Shown: positions 27,456-36,557 of the stretch, in pieces
Layout of the letters: the number at the start of each line of letters is the position of its first letter
Numbering within the stretch: position 1 is the first letter of the stretch
Origin: a virus
IMG/VR virus record: IMGVR_UViG_3300034418_006582
Location: 1-64,000 of that record
Reading direction: 5' to 3' (one strand)
DNA: 64,000 nt
The notes under the pieces: model-generated
Told to the model about the DNA's origin: nothing
Seen by the model: the letters and a program-made list of their open reading frames with translations, nothing else
The model's database searches: none
Translations under genes and position numbers: made by a program

Positions 27456-29062
27456 GACTTGGCAGCATGTTTGCAGGTATTGGTGGTATAGAACTTGGCT
27501 TAGTTAGATCAGGACTTGTTACTGATGTCAAATGGCAAATAGATAACGATGAATTTTGTACAAAAATATTAAAAAAAAATTTTCCTGATAGTTTAGTTTT
27601 AAACAAAAATGTTGAGGAAATAAACACAAAAGATTTACCAGAGGTAGATATTATCACAGCAGGTTTTCCTTGCCAGCCAGTAAGCGTGGCAGGAAACCAG
27701 AAAGGAGTATTAGATGAAAGATGGTTATGGGATGAAGTCGAAAGATTTATTAATGAGTTACGACCACCAGTCTTCATGTTGGAAAATGTCCCCAACATCC
27801 TCAGAGCAAGCAACGGAGAAGCCATTAATCGTGTCCTCAAAGGTGTGGCCGAAATGCGCCATTATAGATTTGAATGGCAACTTATATCAGCAAAGTTCGT
27901 TGGAGCAAGGCACAAAAGACAAAGATGGGTGGGAGTTGGAATCGTGGGAGACACCGAACACTATGGATCACTTGCCAGCGAGATCAGGGGACGCTTTGGA
28001 GAGAGCCTTGTATCGTGGAGATCCAGAGAGGAAGAGCAAAAGAAAATCTACTGGCAACTTGCGAGAGAATCCGAAAATTTGGTTAACACCCACAACAATG
28101 GATCAGAAAGAGGACAGCCTGAAACACGCAACGAAACTCATGCAGGGGAAAACACGCAGAGCGACAGGTCACAGAATACAGAGAACTTTGAGCGATCAAG
28201 TCTGGATGGACATGATAGAAAAGGATCCGAGCCTAATGGAGTATTACCAGGATCACGAGATAGTGAAACGACCAATGCTTCCAGATCAAATGGAGTTCGT
28301 GGAATATCTGAGGAGTCAGACATCAGCAACCAAACTTCAGAAATTGACAGGAATAAAGAAATCAACAGTGGATCATTGGTTCAGGAAAGACAAATACTTC
28401 AGTCATCCAACAGTGGATCAATGGATTCAGATCAAACCTCATCTACAGGAGATCAAATACGACAAGGAATTGATGACAGTGGAAGTGATGGAGTGGAAAA
28501 CCAAAGAGGAAATGGAGATGTGGCCGACACCATCGACACAGGACAACGAACACAAGAATTTGGAACTGAACGACAAGGGCAGGAGAGTAGCGAAAAGTGG
28601 GGGCGAGAGCAGATCCCTCAATCTAGCAGACAAAGTGCAAGTGAGGGAAAAGGAAACTTTTTCGACACCAGCAGCAAGTCAAGCCTCAAAGCCAGTCAAT
28701 CGCCATACCCCATCAGCGAGAGCAGGGAAACACGGCTCTACTTTGGAACAGGACATTGGGGAACGAGATCCAACATTGATTGGCAAGCGCCTCAACCCAG
28801 CATGGGTGAACAGACTTATGGGTTACCCAGATGGTTGGCTGAACTTGGACTAACTAACGATTGGGGAATTGATAGCGAGTGGGAAAAAGGACAAGAAAGA
28901 GTAGCTGAACGCAAAGATAATGATGTTGACAGACTTAAAGCTCTAGGAAATGGCGTAGTGCCACAATTCTCTGAGCTTGTAGGTCGATTAATCATCAGAT
29001 CCATGATTGCAGAAACTTTAGTCTTTGATCCAGAAATCGTTAAGGTAGATCGTCCTCAGTAA
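27452..29062 (+). CDS. C5 cytosine methyltransferase, alpha chain (motifs I-VIII and X)
   Basis: FAGIGG, GFPCQ, ENV, HKRQR and RLKALGNGVVP motifs. Confidence 0.88.
   Translation: MRLGSMFAGIGGIELGLVRSGLVTDVKWQIDNDEFCTKILKKNFPDSLVLNKNVEEINTKDLPEVDIITAGFPCQPVSVAGNQKGVLDERWLWDEVERFINELRPPVFMLENVPNILRASNGEAINRVLKGVAEMRHYRFEWQLISAKFVGARHKRQRWVGVGIVGDTEHYGSLASEIRGRFGESLVSWRSREEEQKKIYWQLARESENLVNTHNNGSERGQPETRNETHAGENTQSDRSQNTENFERSSLDGHDRKGSEPNGVLPGSRDSETTNASRSNGVRGISEESDISNQTSEIDRNKEINSGSLVQERQILQSSNSGSMDSDQTSSTGDQIRQGIDDSGSDGVENQRGNGDVADTIDTGQRTQEFGTERQGQESSEKWGREQIPQSSRQSASEGKGNFFDTSSKSSLKASQSPYPISESRETRLYFGTGHWGTRSNIDWQAPQPSMGEQTYGLPRWLAELGLTNDWGIDSEWEKGQERVAERKDNDVDRLKALGNGVVPQFSELVGRLIIRSMIAETLVFDPEIVKVDRPQ
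27714..28853 (+). CDS. C5 methyltransferase beta chain (TRD plus motif IX), nested in another frame
   Basis: WETP/WLTP/WPTP/FSTP repeats and RLNPAWVNRLMGYPDGW. Confidence 0.8.
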   Translation: MKDGYGMKSKDLLMSYDHQSSCWKMSPTSSEQATEKPLIVSSKVWPKCAIIDLNGNLYQQSSLEQGTKDKDGWELESWETPNTMDHLPARSGDALERALYRGDPERKSKRKSTGNLRENPKIWLTPTTMDQKEDSLKHATKLMQGKTRRATGHRIQRTLSDQVWMDMIEKDPSLMEYYQDHEIVKRPMLPDQMEFVEYLRSQTSATKLQKLTGIKKSTVDHWFRKDKYFSHPTVDQWIQIKPHLQEIKYDKELMTVEVMEWKTKEEMEMWPTPSTQDNEHKNLELNDKGRRVAKSGGESRSLNLADKVQVREKETFSTPAASQASKPVNRHTPSARAGKHGSTLEQDIGERDPTLIGKRLNPAWVNRLMGYPDGWLNLD

Positions 29063-29226
29063 GTTTAAAGTTAATAGCATGAAAATTAGCGTGTGATGAA
29101 ACTTGCCTTATTCTTTTGTGTTTCTTTACTTTACCCCATTTGGCTTCATACAGAGATTTACCATCTGTCATTCCTACTGCCATTTGAGTTAAGTAATCTT
29201 TTATATCTAACATAAGTTTTCCATAA

Positions 29227-29242
29227 TAGAACATTTGTTCGA
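29227..29242. promoter_or_regulatory. LexA (SOS) box-like site
   Basis: TAGAAC-ATTT-GTTCGA versus actinobacterial consensus TCGAAC-N4-GTTCGA. Confidence 0.4.
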
Positions 29243-29453
29243 TTTATAAAAACAATTTATGTTAAAAATATGTTAAAAATATTTCACAAAATATTTAGAT
29301 TGTGAAAAAATACAAAAAATTTGCTACAAAGTCGTTAAATTGTGAAATTGCATAACAGTGCTTGCCAATCAGTGAATTTTTCCGATATCGGCTACATTGA
29401 AAAAAGCCCATAAACATTGACTTTGATTTTTTTTGTGTCCGAGTCACTTTCCT

Positions 29454-29560
29454 CGGAATTCCGCGGAATTCCGTGTGACACCACCTCGGAATTCCGTGGC
29501 TAGAGTAGAGTAGAGTAGAGAAGAGTAGACTAGAGTAGAGAAGAGTATATAATATATATT
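29454..29560. repeat. Iteron-like cluster, probable replication origin
   Basis: 3x CGGAATTCCG, 9 tandem WAGAS pentamers, then an AT-only tract. Confidence 0.6.
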
Positions 29561-29578
29561 AGAAAGGTCAGGTAAGAA

Positions 29579-29956
29579 ATGAATATTATGGTTAGTTTTG
29601 AAAGCACTGAAGATTATATCTTAAAAGCTGAAAATGAAACTGAAGCAATAAAAATAGTACAAATGATTTGGGATCATAAACAAGAATCACAAAACGATCT
29701 ATTAAAGCAATATGACATAGATTACTCACTTGATGTTAGTAAGAAGTATGTTGAAGTAGAAGATCAAGAAGAAGACAATATTGTTTTAGATTATAAAGTC
29801 ACATTTGTTATGACTGGAAAAAGTCCAGAAGATGCTATAGACAATTTCCACGAAATGATGAAAGGTGGGCTAGACTATATACCACCAATTGTTGAGCCAG
29901 TTATAAATGATGAGTATGAACTTTTAACTGGGATCAAAGCAGAAGGGACAGCATAA
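29579..29956 (+). CDS. Hypothetical protein
   Basis: 125-aa ORF. Confidence 0.65.
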   Translation: MNIMVSFESTEDYILKAENETEAIKIVQMIWDHKQESQNDLLKQYDIDYSLDVSKKYVEVEDQEEDNIVLDYKVTFVMTGKSPEDAIDNFHEMMKGGLDYIPPIVEPVINDEYELLTGIKAEGTA

Positions 29957-30150
29957 TGGCAAGTGAATTTAATTTTCCAGCAGGAACAAAAAGAAAAGAT
30001 GCACTGCATGAATTAATTGATTCTGATGATTTTATGGAAGTTGTTTTAAAACAATTTAATTACATGAGGATCAAAGGAATTAATTTAGTACAAGACGCAG
30101 ATGATCTAGTAAATTTATATTTAAAAGTTTGCAAAGAAATTCCTGAGTAG
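29956..30150 (+). CDS. Hypothetical protein
   Basis: Coupled ORF. Confidence 0.65.
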   Translation: MASEFNFPAGTKRKDALHELIDSDDFMEVVLKQFNYMRIKGINLVQDADDLVNLYLKVCKEIPE

Positions 30151-30162
30151 TATAATTTTTTT

Positions 30163-30263
30163 GTATTCATCTATGGATCAATCCATAGTAAGCTGTAACA
30201 GAAAACGCCTTTCGTGTTACTGACTGAATAAGAAAGCGAGGTCTTCAACCACCTCGCTTTTTT
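30163..30263 (+). ncRNA. Candidate small RNA D (three-way junction)
   Basis: TTGCAA-16-TATAAT promoter; closing stem TATTCA/TGAATA with two hairpins; terminator. Confidence 0.55.
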
Positions 30264-30301
30264 ATTTACCTTAAACTTTATAGGGATAGTCTATGATTAT
30301 T

Positions 30302-30368
30302 AAGTCGGCTACTAAACCGACTTCCTCCCATCATCGGCTGTATCTAACGGTACAGCCTTATTTTTTTT
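30302..30368 (+). ncRNA. Candidate small RNA E (exposed CCUCCCAUC)
   Basis: TATGAT -10; hairpin, linker, terminator. Confidence 0.55.
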
Positions 30369-30539
30369 AAGGATCTTTTTTTCTCTTGCTAAATCGTCTC
30401 GAATTTTTTTAGCAAGTCTTCTACGCTCTTTTCTGTTTAAAGTAGGTGCGTGATCTTTCTCTACTGTAAATATTTTCTTCATAATTTAAGAATACTAAAA
30501 GTTTTAAAAAAATCTTGCTTATGCTACTATGGAAAAACT

Positions 30540-30863
30540 ATGATTAAGAAAGTCGATGAAAGTAACTTTAACGAAACAATTAATAGAGATGAAATTACCA
30601 CTGTAGTTAAATTTGAAGCTGATTGGTGTATGCCATGCAAAGAAATTACGCCAGCAGTTGAATCTCTAAATCAGGAATGGAAAGACCGAAAGGTCGAATT
30701 TGTTGCTTTTGATATTGAAAGTGACACAAGCATTACTAATCAATACGGTATTTTCGGTGTACCAACTTTTATAGCTTTTCAGAATGGTCAGCCAGTTTCT
30801 GAAGTTCGTTCAAGAGTTAACATTGGAAATATTAAATCATCATTTGAAAAGTTCTTAGTCTGA
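30540..30863 (+). CDS. Thioredoxin
   Basis: FEADWCMPCK and YGIFGVPTF motifs; likely start 30540. Confidence 0.9.
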   Translation: MIKKVDESNFNETINRDEITTVVKFEADWCMPCKEITPAVESLNQEWKDRKVEFVAFDIESDTSITNQYGIFGVPTFIAFQNGQPVSEVRSRVNIGNIKSSFEKFLV

Positions 30864-30971
30864 TACTCGTTCAGGATCTCTAGGTTTTTTATTTGTTTTT
30901 CCCTAGCTGATCCTGACATGCTTTTTTATTTTTTTAGATTTTGTCACAAAGATATGTTATAATTTTTAGTT

Positions 30972-32066
30972 ATGGGAGAGATAATAAATACAGAAAATCG
31001 TAGAGAGGCAACTTATATGCAGTTGTCTGATGAAACAACTTTTGAACAATGGTTGGACATAGGATCAAAACTTATACAAACTACACAAAATATTATGTGG
31101 TGGCTAGGTGATTGGTGGAACTTTGGTGAAAGAAAATACGGCGAGGCAGCAAGTCAGGCTTTATCAATGGAAATACCTTATTCTACTTTTAGTAAAGCCA
31201 GTTATGTAGCTAGGCAAATTGACAAAGAGCGTAGACTTCCAGAAGTTTCATGGTCTGTTCATAATGAAATTGCACAGTTAGATCAAGAAGATCAGGATAA
31301 GTTTTTAATTAAAGCTCGTGATGAAAAATTTACAGTAGCTAGAGCTAGAGAAGAAGTAAAGAAACATAAAGTACAAAAATTAGTTGATCCAAGTACAAGC
31401 AATGATGTAATGCTTTATCAAAATATAAATATTAAATCTAGTAATGTTTGGACTTTTGGAAAGGCATTAGGAAGTTATGGTGTTGAGGACGATCAGAAAA
31501 CACCACCTCAAATGATAGCGAATTTGTTTTATTGGTTTGAAAATAGAGAACTTGAGGAAAATACAAAAGTAGTTGATCTTACTGATAAATATCAAGTGAC
31601 ATATGATGTTTGTAGAGATTTTGCTTTTCAATGCAATAGTTATGATCTTTATCCTCATGCAGATGCAAAGAAAGTCCAACAAGCAGATTGGACAGTAGAT
31701 AATTACCCTGATCCTGTACATGAGGCAGATATTGTAATTTTAAATATTTTAGATTACTTAGATAATGCAAGCGACATTGATCCAGAGAATTTTTTAAGAA
31801 AACAAATTGTAGATCTTGGGGTAGCAATGAAACCAGGATCTCAACTTTTTCTCATATGTCAAGATTTAGATGATTGGAAATTAGAAAATACTTTTTCTTT
31901 AATTTATGAGGAAAATGATTTTTCAGTTGTAGAATTTGTATCTATTCCTAATAAAATTAGTTACTCAAAAGATGATGAGGTTAAAGCAATAGCTAATAGA
32001 GAGCTACTTAACAAATTTGGTTATGTATTAGTTCTTGAAGTTATTGATGATTCTTCTCAGTTTTAA
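30972..32066 (+). CDS. LmbU-like N-terminal domain fused to a degenerate methyltransferase-like domain
   Basis: FEQW..IG..WWLGDWW.FGERKYG..SWSVH.E; C-terminal NVWTF..PPQMIANL..VVD. Confidence 0.5.
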   Translation: MGEIINTENRREATYMQLSDETTFEQWLDIGSKLIQTTQNIMWWLGDWWNFGERKYGEAASQALSMEIPYSTFSKASYVARQIDKERRLPEVSWSVHNEIAQLDQEDQDKFLIKARDEKFTVARAREEVKKHKVQKLVDPSTSNDVMLYQNINIKSSNVWTFGKALGSYGVEDDQKTPPQMIANLFYWFENRELEENTKVVDLTDKYQVTYDVCRDFAFQCNSYDLYPHADAKKVQQADWTVDNYPDPVHEADIVILNILDYLDNASDIDPENFLRKQIVDLGVAMKPGSQLFLICQDLDDWKLENTFSLIYEENDFSVVEFVSIPNKISYSKDDEVKAIANRELLNKFGYVLVLEVIDDSSQF

Positions 32067-32080
32067 CTGTTAGACTTCAT

Positions 32081-33343
32081 TTGATGGAGTCACAAAATAT
32101 AAAAAAATTAGAAGTCAAAGTTGGTGCTGATACTTTTGTTATTGGTTTCCCAGCTTTACACGAAGCACAGCAAACAGTTTCAGATAGTAATGCTCGTTGG
32201 AAGATCTTGTGTGCTGGTAGGCGATTTGGTAAATCAAGACTTGGTGTCCAATTATGTATGGAAAAAGCCTTGCAAGGTAAAAGAGCTTGGTGGGTTGCAC
32301 CTACTTATTCAATCGCAAGAGTTGGTTGGCGTGATATTCAAGAATCAGCAAGATCATTCCCAGAACTTTTAGAACCTAATATTTCATTAGTCAATATGGA
32401 AGTAAAATTCCCTCAAACAGGTGGATCTATTGCAGTTAGATCTGCTGATACACCACATAGACTTCGTGGTGAAGGTTTGGATTTCTTAGTAATGGATGAG
32501 GCAGCATTCGTTAAGCCTGATGTATGGCAACAAGTTCTAAGACCTACTCTTACTGAAAGAAAAGGTGGTGCTTTATTTATCTCAACACCAATAGGTATGA
32601 ACAATTGGTTTTATGAATTGTGGGAAATGGCTGAGGGTAGAGAGGATTGGGAAAGATTCCAATTTCCTAGCTGGTCTAATCCTCTTGTAGATAAAGCAGA
32701 AGTTGAACAAGCTAAAACAGAAGTTGGATCTATTGTTTACGCTCAGGAATATTTAGCTGAATTTGTAGAGGCTGGACAAGGTTTATTAAAACCTGAGTGG
32801 CTTAGTTATTTTAAAGAAAAAAATGGTAGATACTTTACTGGTTCTGAAAATGTAGAGTTATCAGAATGTACAAGATTTGCTACAGTAGATCTTGCAACTA
32901 GCATTGATGAAAACGCAGATTATACAGTTATAGCCAGTTGCGCAGTCACACCACAAGGTAAAATACTTATTTTGGATATTCATCGTGAAAGGATGCAAGC
33001 ACCAGACATAATACCTAAAATAAGACAAAAAATGAAAGAATTTGATTTACAATGGGTTGGTATGGAACGAGCAGGTTTCCAACTTTCGCTTATCCAGTTT
33101 GCTAAAAGAGATGGTCTAGCTGTCAAGGAATTGAAAGCTGACAAAGATAAAATTAGTCGTGCCATGCCTTTAGCAGCAAGGATGGAGTCTGGAGATGTAT
33201 ACTTTAGACAAGGTGCGATGTGGTTACCTGAAGTAGAAAGAGAATTAATGACATTTCCAGTAGGTCATCATGATGATGTAGTGGATGCATTAGCATACGG
33301 AGTTTTATGCGCTCAAGTGCGTAGAGAATGGATAGCATTTTAA
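32081..33343 (+). CDS. terL: Terminase large subunit
   Basis: Walker A GRRFGKS, Walker B LVMDEAA, ISTP, nuclease HDDVVDAL. Confidence 0.95.
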   Translation: MMESQNIKKLEVKVGADTFVIGFPALHEAQQTVSDSNARWKILCAGRRFGKSRLGVQLCMEKALQGKRAWWVAPTYSIARVGWRDIQESARSFPELLEPNISLVNMEVKFPQTGGSIAVRSADTPHRLRGEGLDFLVMDEAAFVKPDVWQQVLRPTLTERKGGALFISTPIGMNNWFYELWEMAEGREDWERFQFPSWSNPLVDKAEVEQAKTEVGSIVYAQEYLAEFVEAGQGLLKPEWLSYFKEKNGRYFTGSENVELSECTRFATVDLATSIDENADYTVIASCAVTPQGKILILDIHRERMQAPDIIPKIRQKMKEFDLQWVGMERAGFQLSLIQFAKRDGLAVKELKADKDKISRAMPLAARMESGDVYFRQGAMWLPEVERELMTFPVGHHDDVVDALAYGVLCAQVRREWIAF

Positions 33344-36019
33344 ATGGCAGATAATAAATCAAGAATAGGTAGATTTGTTGATTACCTTAATCAACCAACA
33401 CAAAGACAACAACAAAAATATAGTAGATATAATCAGCAAACAAGTTTAGACAGAGCAGTTTACGGTTACAATACAGATGCTGGTTACTGGCCAGTTTCAG
33501 AATTAGATGATATCGGAGATGGATCAAACAATTCAGCAGTAGTTGCTTGTTTGAATGTATTGACAACATCTTTTGCAGAACCAAAAAATATTGTTATTGA
33601 TGATGAAGCAGAATATGGAAATGATCGAATAAAAAATCATCCAGTTTTAAAATTATTAAATAGACCAAATCCATTTACTTCAGGTGTGTTAATGGCTCAT
33701 TATATTGTTACAGCATTATCAGCTTATGGAGATGCTTATCTGTATAAAAACCGAAATGTAGATGGAAATGTGGTAGAGCTGGTACCTTTAATGCCAAATA
33801 TGGTTGAACCTAAAGGTGATGAAAATACTTTAATTACACATTTTAAATACAGTCCTTATGGTGGACTTGGAGGTAATAGTATAATCGTTCCAACTAACGA
33901 TATAGTGCATATTCGTCAAGGAATAGATCCAAATAACCATAGACGAGGTTTCGCTCCTCTAAAATCAGTATTAAGAGAAATCTTAGGAGATGAGGCGGCA
34001 GGACAGTATGCAGCAGCACTCTTACATAACATGGCTGTACCAGGTGTCATACTCTCTCCAAAAGATGACTCAATGGGTGGTCCATCGAAAGAGGAAGCTG
34101 AGGCTATCTCTGCGATGTACAAGCAGAAGTTTGGTGGCAAGAACAGAGGTGCGCCAATGATCTTGTCAGGTGCGATGAATGTTGAAGTCGTGTCTTTTTC
34201 ACCAGATCAAATGAACTTAACTGAACTTAGGAAATTGCCTGAAGAGAGAGTATCTGCTGTTTTAGGTGTCCCAGCTATACTCGCTGGACTCGGCGCTGGT
34301 TTAGACGCAGCAACATACAACAATACTCGTGAATTAAGAGAATTTTTTACAGAACAAAAATTAGTACCTTTATGGAAATCTGTAGCATCAGAGCTTACAC
34401 ATCAATTATTAAGAAAAGATTATGAAGCTGAAGGGTTAAGTATTAAATACGATCTTGAAGATGTAAGGGCATTATCACAAGATAAAGATGATCTTTATAA
34501 AAGAATGAATACTGCTGTTCAAGGTGGTTGGATAACAATTGGTGAGGCTAGAAAAGCAGTAGGACTTGATGTTGATGACAGTCATGAGGTTTATTTAAGA
34601 CCAATGAATATGATCGAAACAGCACCAGGTCAAAATAATATACCTCAAGAAGAACAGGAAACAGAACCTGTACAAGAAGATCCAGTTTTGCAAATTGCAA
34701 AACAATTAATTGATAAAGTTTTGACTACTGGTGGCGCAAGCGTTGACTCAACTAGATCTCCAGTGGTAAAACCAACACCAACTTATCTAGATGAAGAGGA
34801 AATGAAATATGTTGCTGAAATGCCAAATGGTGCATGGTGTATTTTAGATCATGATACTAATGATGTTATAGAGTGTTTTTCATCTGAAAGTGAAGCAAGA
34901 GATGAACTTGAGAGAATGAAAAAAGATGTGAAAGCACCTAAGAAAACTAACTTTCCTAGTTCAGGTGATAATCAAACTATATCGATCAGTAATAGCAAAT
35001 TTAAACAATTTCCAGATTATAACTATGTAAAAGACTTAAAAGAAAACTGGCCAGAGATTTGGCGTAGAGCTGGTACAGGTGGTAATCCACCAACTTCATT
35101 TACTGGCAATGACGCATTTAACAGATGGACTAAGTACAGATCAGGCGATAGATCAGAATCTGTTTTAAATTGGGTAAAGCGTAGAGAAAGTTTTATGGCA
35201 AGACATTCTGGGAATACAAAACTAAATGGTTACATTGCAGTTATGAAGTGGGGTGGAGTTACTAAAACTGGCGTTTCTGCTATGAAAAAAACTGTAAATG
35301 AATACAAAAAAGTTGTCAGGGAAAGAAGAAAGATACAAGAGGAATTACTTGCTGAAATTGAGAGCAAAGCATTATCACAAGTAGTTAAAGATTCTTTAAA
35401 GAAAAAAGTGGAAGATCATAATGCAAAAAATCCTAAATACAGAGCTACATTAAGAATGTTGACTGCAAGTTATAACAGAGGTTTAGCAGCATATCAAAAT
35501 AATCCTGGATCTGTCAGGGGTAATGTAAGTTCACCACAACAATGGGCAATGGCCAGAGTGAATGGACTATTAACAGCTTTAAGAACTGGTAAATTCAAGA
35601 GGACTGCTTATGATACAGATTTGTTACCAAGCAATCATCCTTTAAGCTCTAAAAAAAATAATGAAAATATTATTGAGGAGATCAATGTAAGCACTGAAGA
35701 GGCAGAAGCTCTTTTTGAAGTTGAGTTTGAAAGTGCAAGATCTGAAAAAGCACCAGCAGGATCAATTAAAAAAGGTGACGCTGTTTCATGGAGTATAAAT
35801 AAAGATCCACAACCAGCCTCAACAGCTAATGGAATTGTGACAAGTGTAGCTACATCTGGATCTATCTCAGTAGGTCAAGAAAAAATGGACGCAACACCAG
35901 AAAAGCCTATAGCTAAAATTAAAGTTTGGGCTATTAATGAAGATGGATCTAGAACAGAAACTGATAGATCAGTAATACAACCAGTTTCTAAACTTCGTAA
36001 AATCTCCGATTTTCGCTAG
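33344..36019 (+). CDS. HK97-type portal protein with long C-terminal extension
   Basis: LLNRPNP, GDAYL, IVHIR..GFAPL, GVPAIL and GWITIGEAR motifs; about 450 extra aa. Confidence 0.9.
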   Translation: MADNKSRIGRFVDYLNQPTQRQQQKYSRYNQQTSLDRAVYGYNTDAGYWPVSELDDIGDGSNNSAVVACLNVLTTSFAEPKNIVIDDEAEYGNDRIKNHPVLKLLNRPNPFTSGVLMAHYIVTALSAYGDAYLYKNRNVDGNVVELVPLMPNMVEPKGDENTLITHFKYSPYGGLGGNSIIVPTNDIVHIRQGIDPNNHRRGFAPLKSVLREILGDEAAGQYAAALLHNMAVPGVILSPKDDSMGGPSKEEAEAISAMYKQKFGGKNRGAPMILSGAMNVEVVSFSPDQMNLTELRKLPEERVSAVLGVPAILAGLGAGLDAATYNNTRELREFFTEQKLVPLWKSVASELTHQLLRKDYEAEGLSIKYDLEDVRALSQDKDDLYKRMNTAVQGGWITIGEARKAVGLDVDDSHEVYLRPMNMIETAPGQNNIPQEEQETEPVQEDPVLQIAKQLIDKVLTTGGASVDSTRSPVVKPTPTYLDEEEMKYVAEMPNGAWCILDHDTNDVIECFSSESEARDELERMKKDVKAPKKTNFPSSGDNQTISISNSKFKQFPDYNYVKDLKENWPEIWRRAGTGGNPPTSFTGNDAFNRWTKYRSGDRSESVLNWVKRRESFMARHSGNTKLNGYIAVMKWGGVTKTGVSAMKKTVNEYKKVVRERRKIQEELLAEIESKALSQVVKDSLKKKVEDHNAKNPKYRATLRMLTASYNRGLAAYQNNPGSVRGNVSSPQQWAMARVNGLLTALRTGKFKRTAYDTDLLPSNHPLSSKKNNENIIEEINVSTEEAEALFEVEFESARSEKAPAGSIKKGDAVSWSINKDPQPASTANGIVTSVATSGSISVGQEKMDATPEKPIAKIKVWAINEDGSRTETDRSVIQPVSKLRKISDFR

Positions 36020-36197
36020 GGATATAATTAATACCTCTAGATCTCAATTCATTAACTAACTTAACTTGTTCATCAGAATTAATTAATGCTAATTCATCAG
36101 TAATTAACTTATTTCTGTTGGATTTATCAGCTTTCGCTAAAGCGTCCATGAACATGTGAAAAGGTGCTACAGATTTTGTAGTTCTTTCTTCAGCCAT
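35988..36197 (-). CDS. Hypothetical protein (antisense to head operon)
   Basis: Fills the gap between portal and protease. Confidence 0.5.
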   Translation of the reverse strand: MAEERTTKSVAPFHMFMDALAKADKSNRNKLITDELALINSDEQVKLVNELRSRGINYIPSENRRFYEV

Positions 36198-36436
36198 TTT
36201 AATAACTCGTTCCTATCCTCAGCGCCATATGTAAAATCTTTAGCGCTAAAATTGTCCGATACTCTTATTTTAAAATCATTTAAAGACAATGGGACCTCAC
36301 GATCAAAAATATCCAAAGTAGCTGAACCGTCAGACATGACTTCAAGCCTGAAAGATCCAGATCCAATGTGCAAAGTTGATATTTTTACTATCTCTAAATT
36401 CACAATATTAGTATAGCAGTGATTGGCAAATATCAA
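36167..36436 (-). CDS. Hypothetical protein (antisense to head operon)
   Basis: Overlaps the preceding ORF; start uncertain. Confidence 0.45.
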   Translation of the reverse strand: MIFANHCYTNIVNLEIVKISTLHIGSGSFRLEVMSDGSATLDIFDREVPLSLNDFKIRVSDNFSAKDFTYGAEDRNELLKWLKKELQNL

Positions 36437-36557
36437 GTGGCAATCGGAAATACACTAACTTTAATTTTTTTTCTATAAAATACCATTGTTGTACTGTTTA
36501 GGCAGTAGAGCTGTGCGCACCAATTAAATATATATATTAGATAGGAGCTATAGCAAT

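Noticed and set aside
29239-29267. dif site (TTATGTTAAAA resembles the XerD arm)
   Set aside because: Left arm and spacer do not fit, and the context is an AT-rich tandem repeat
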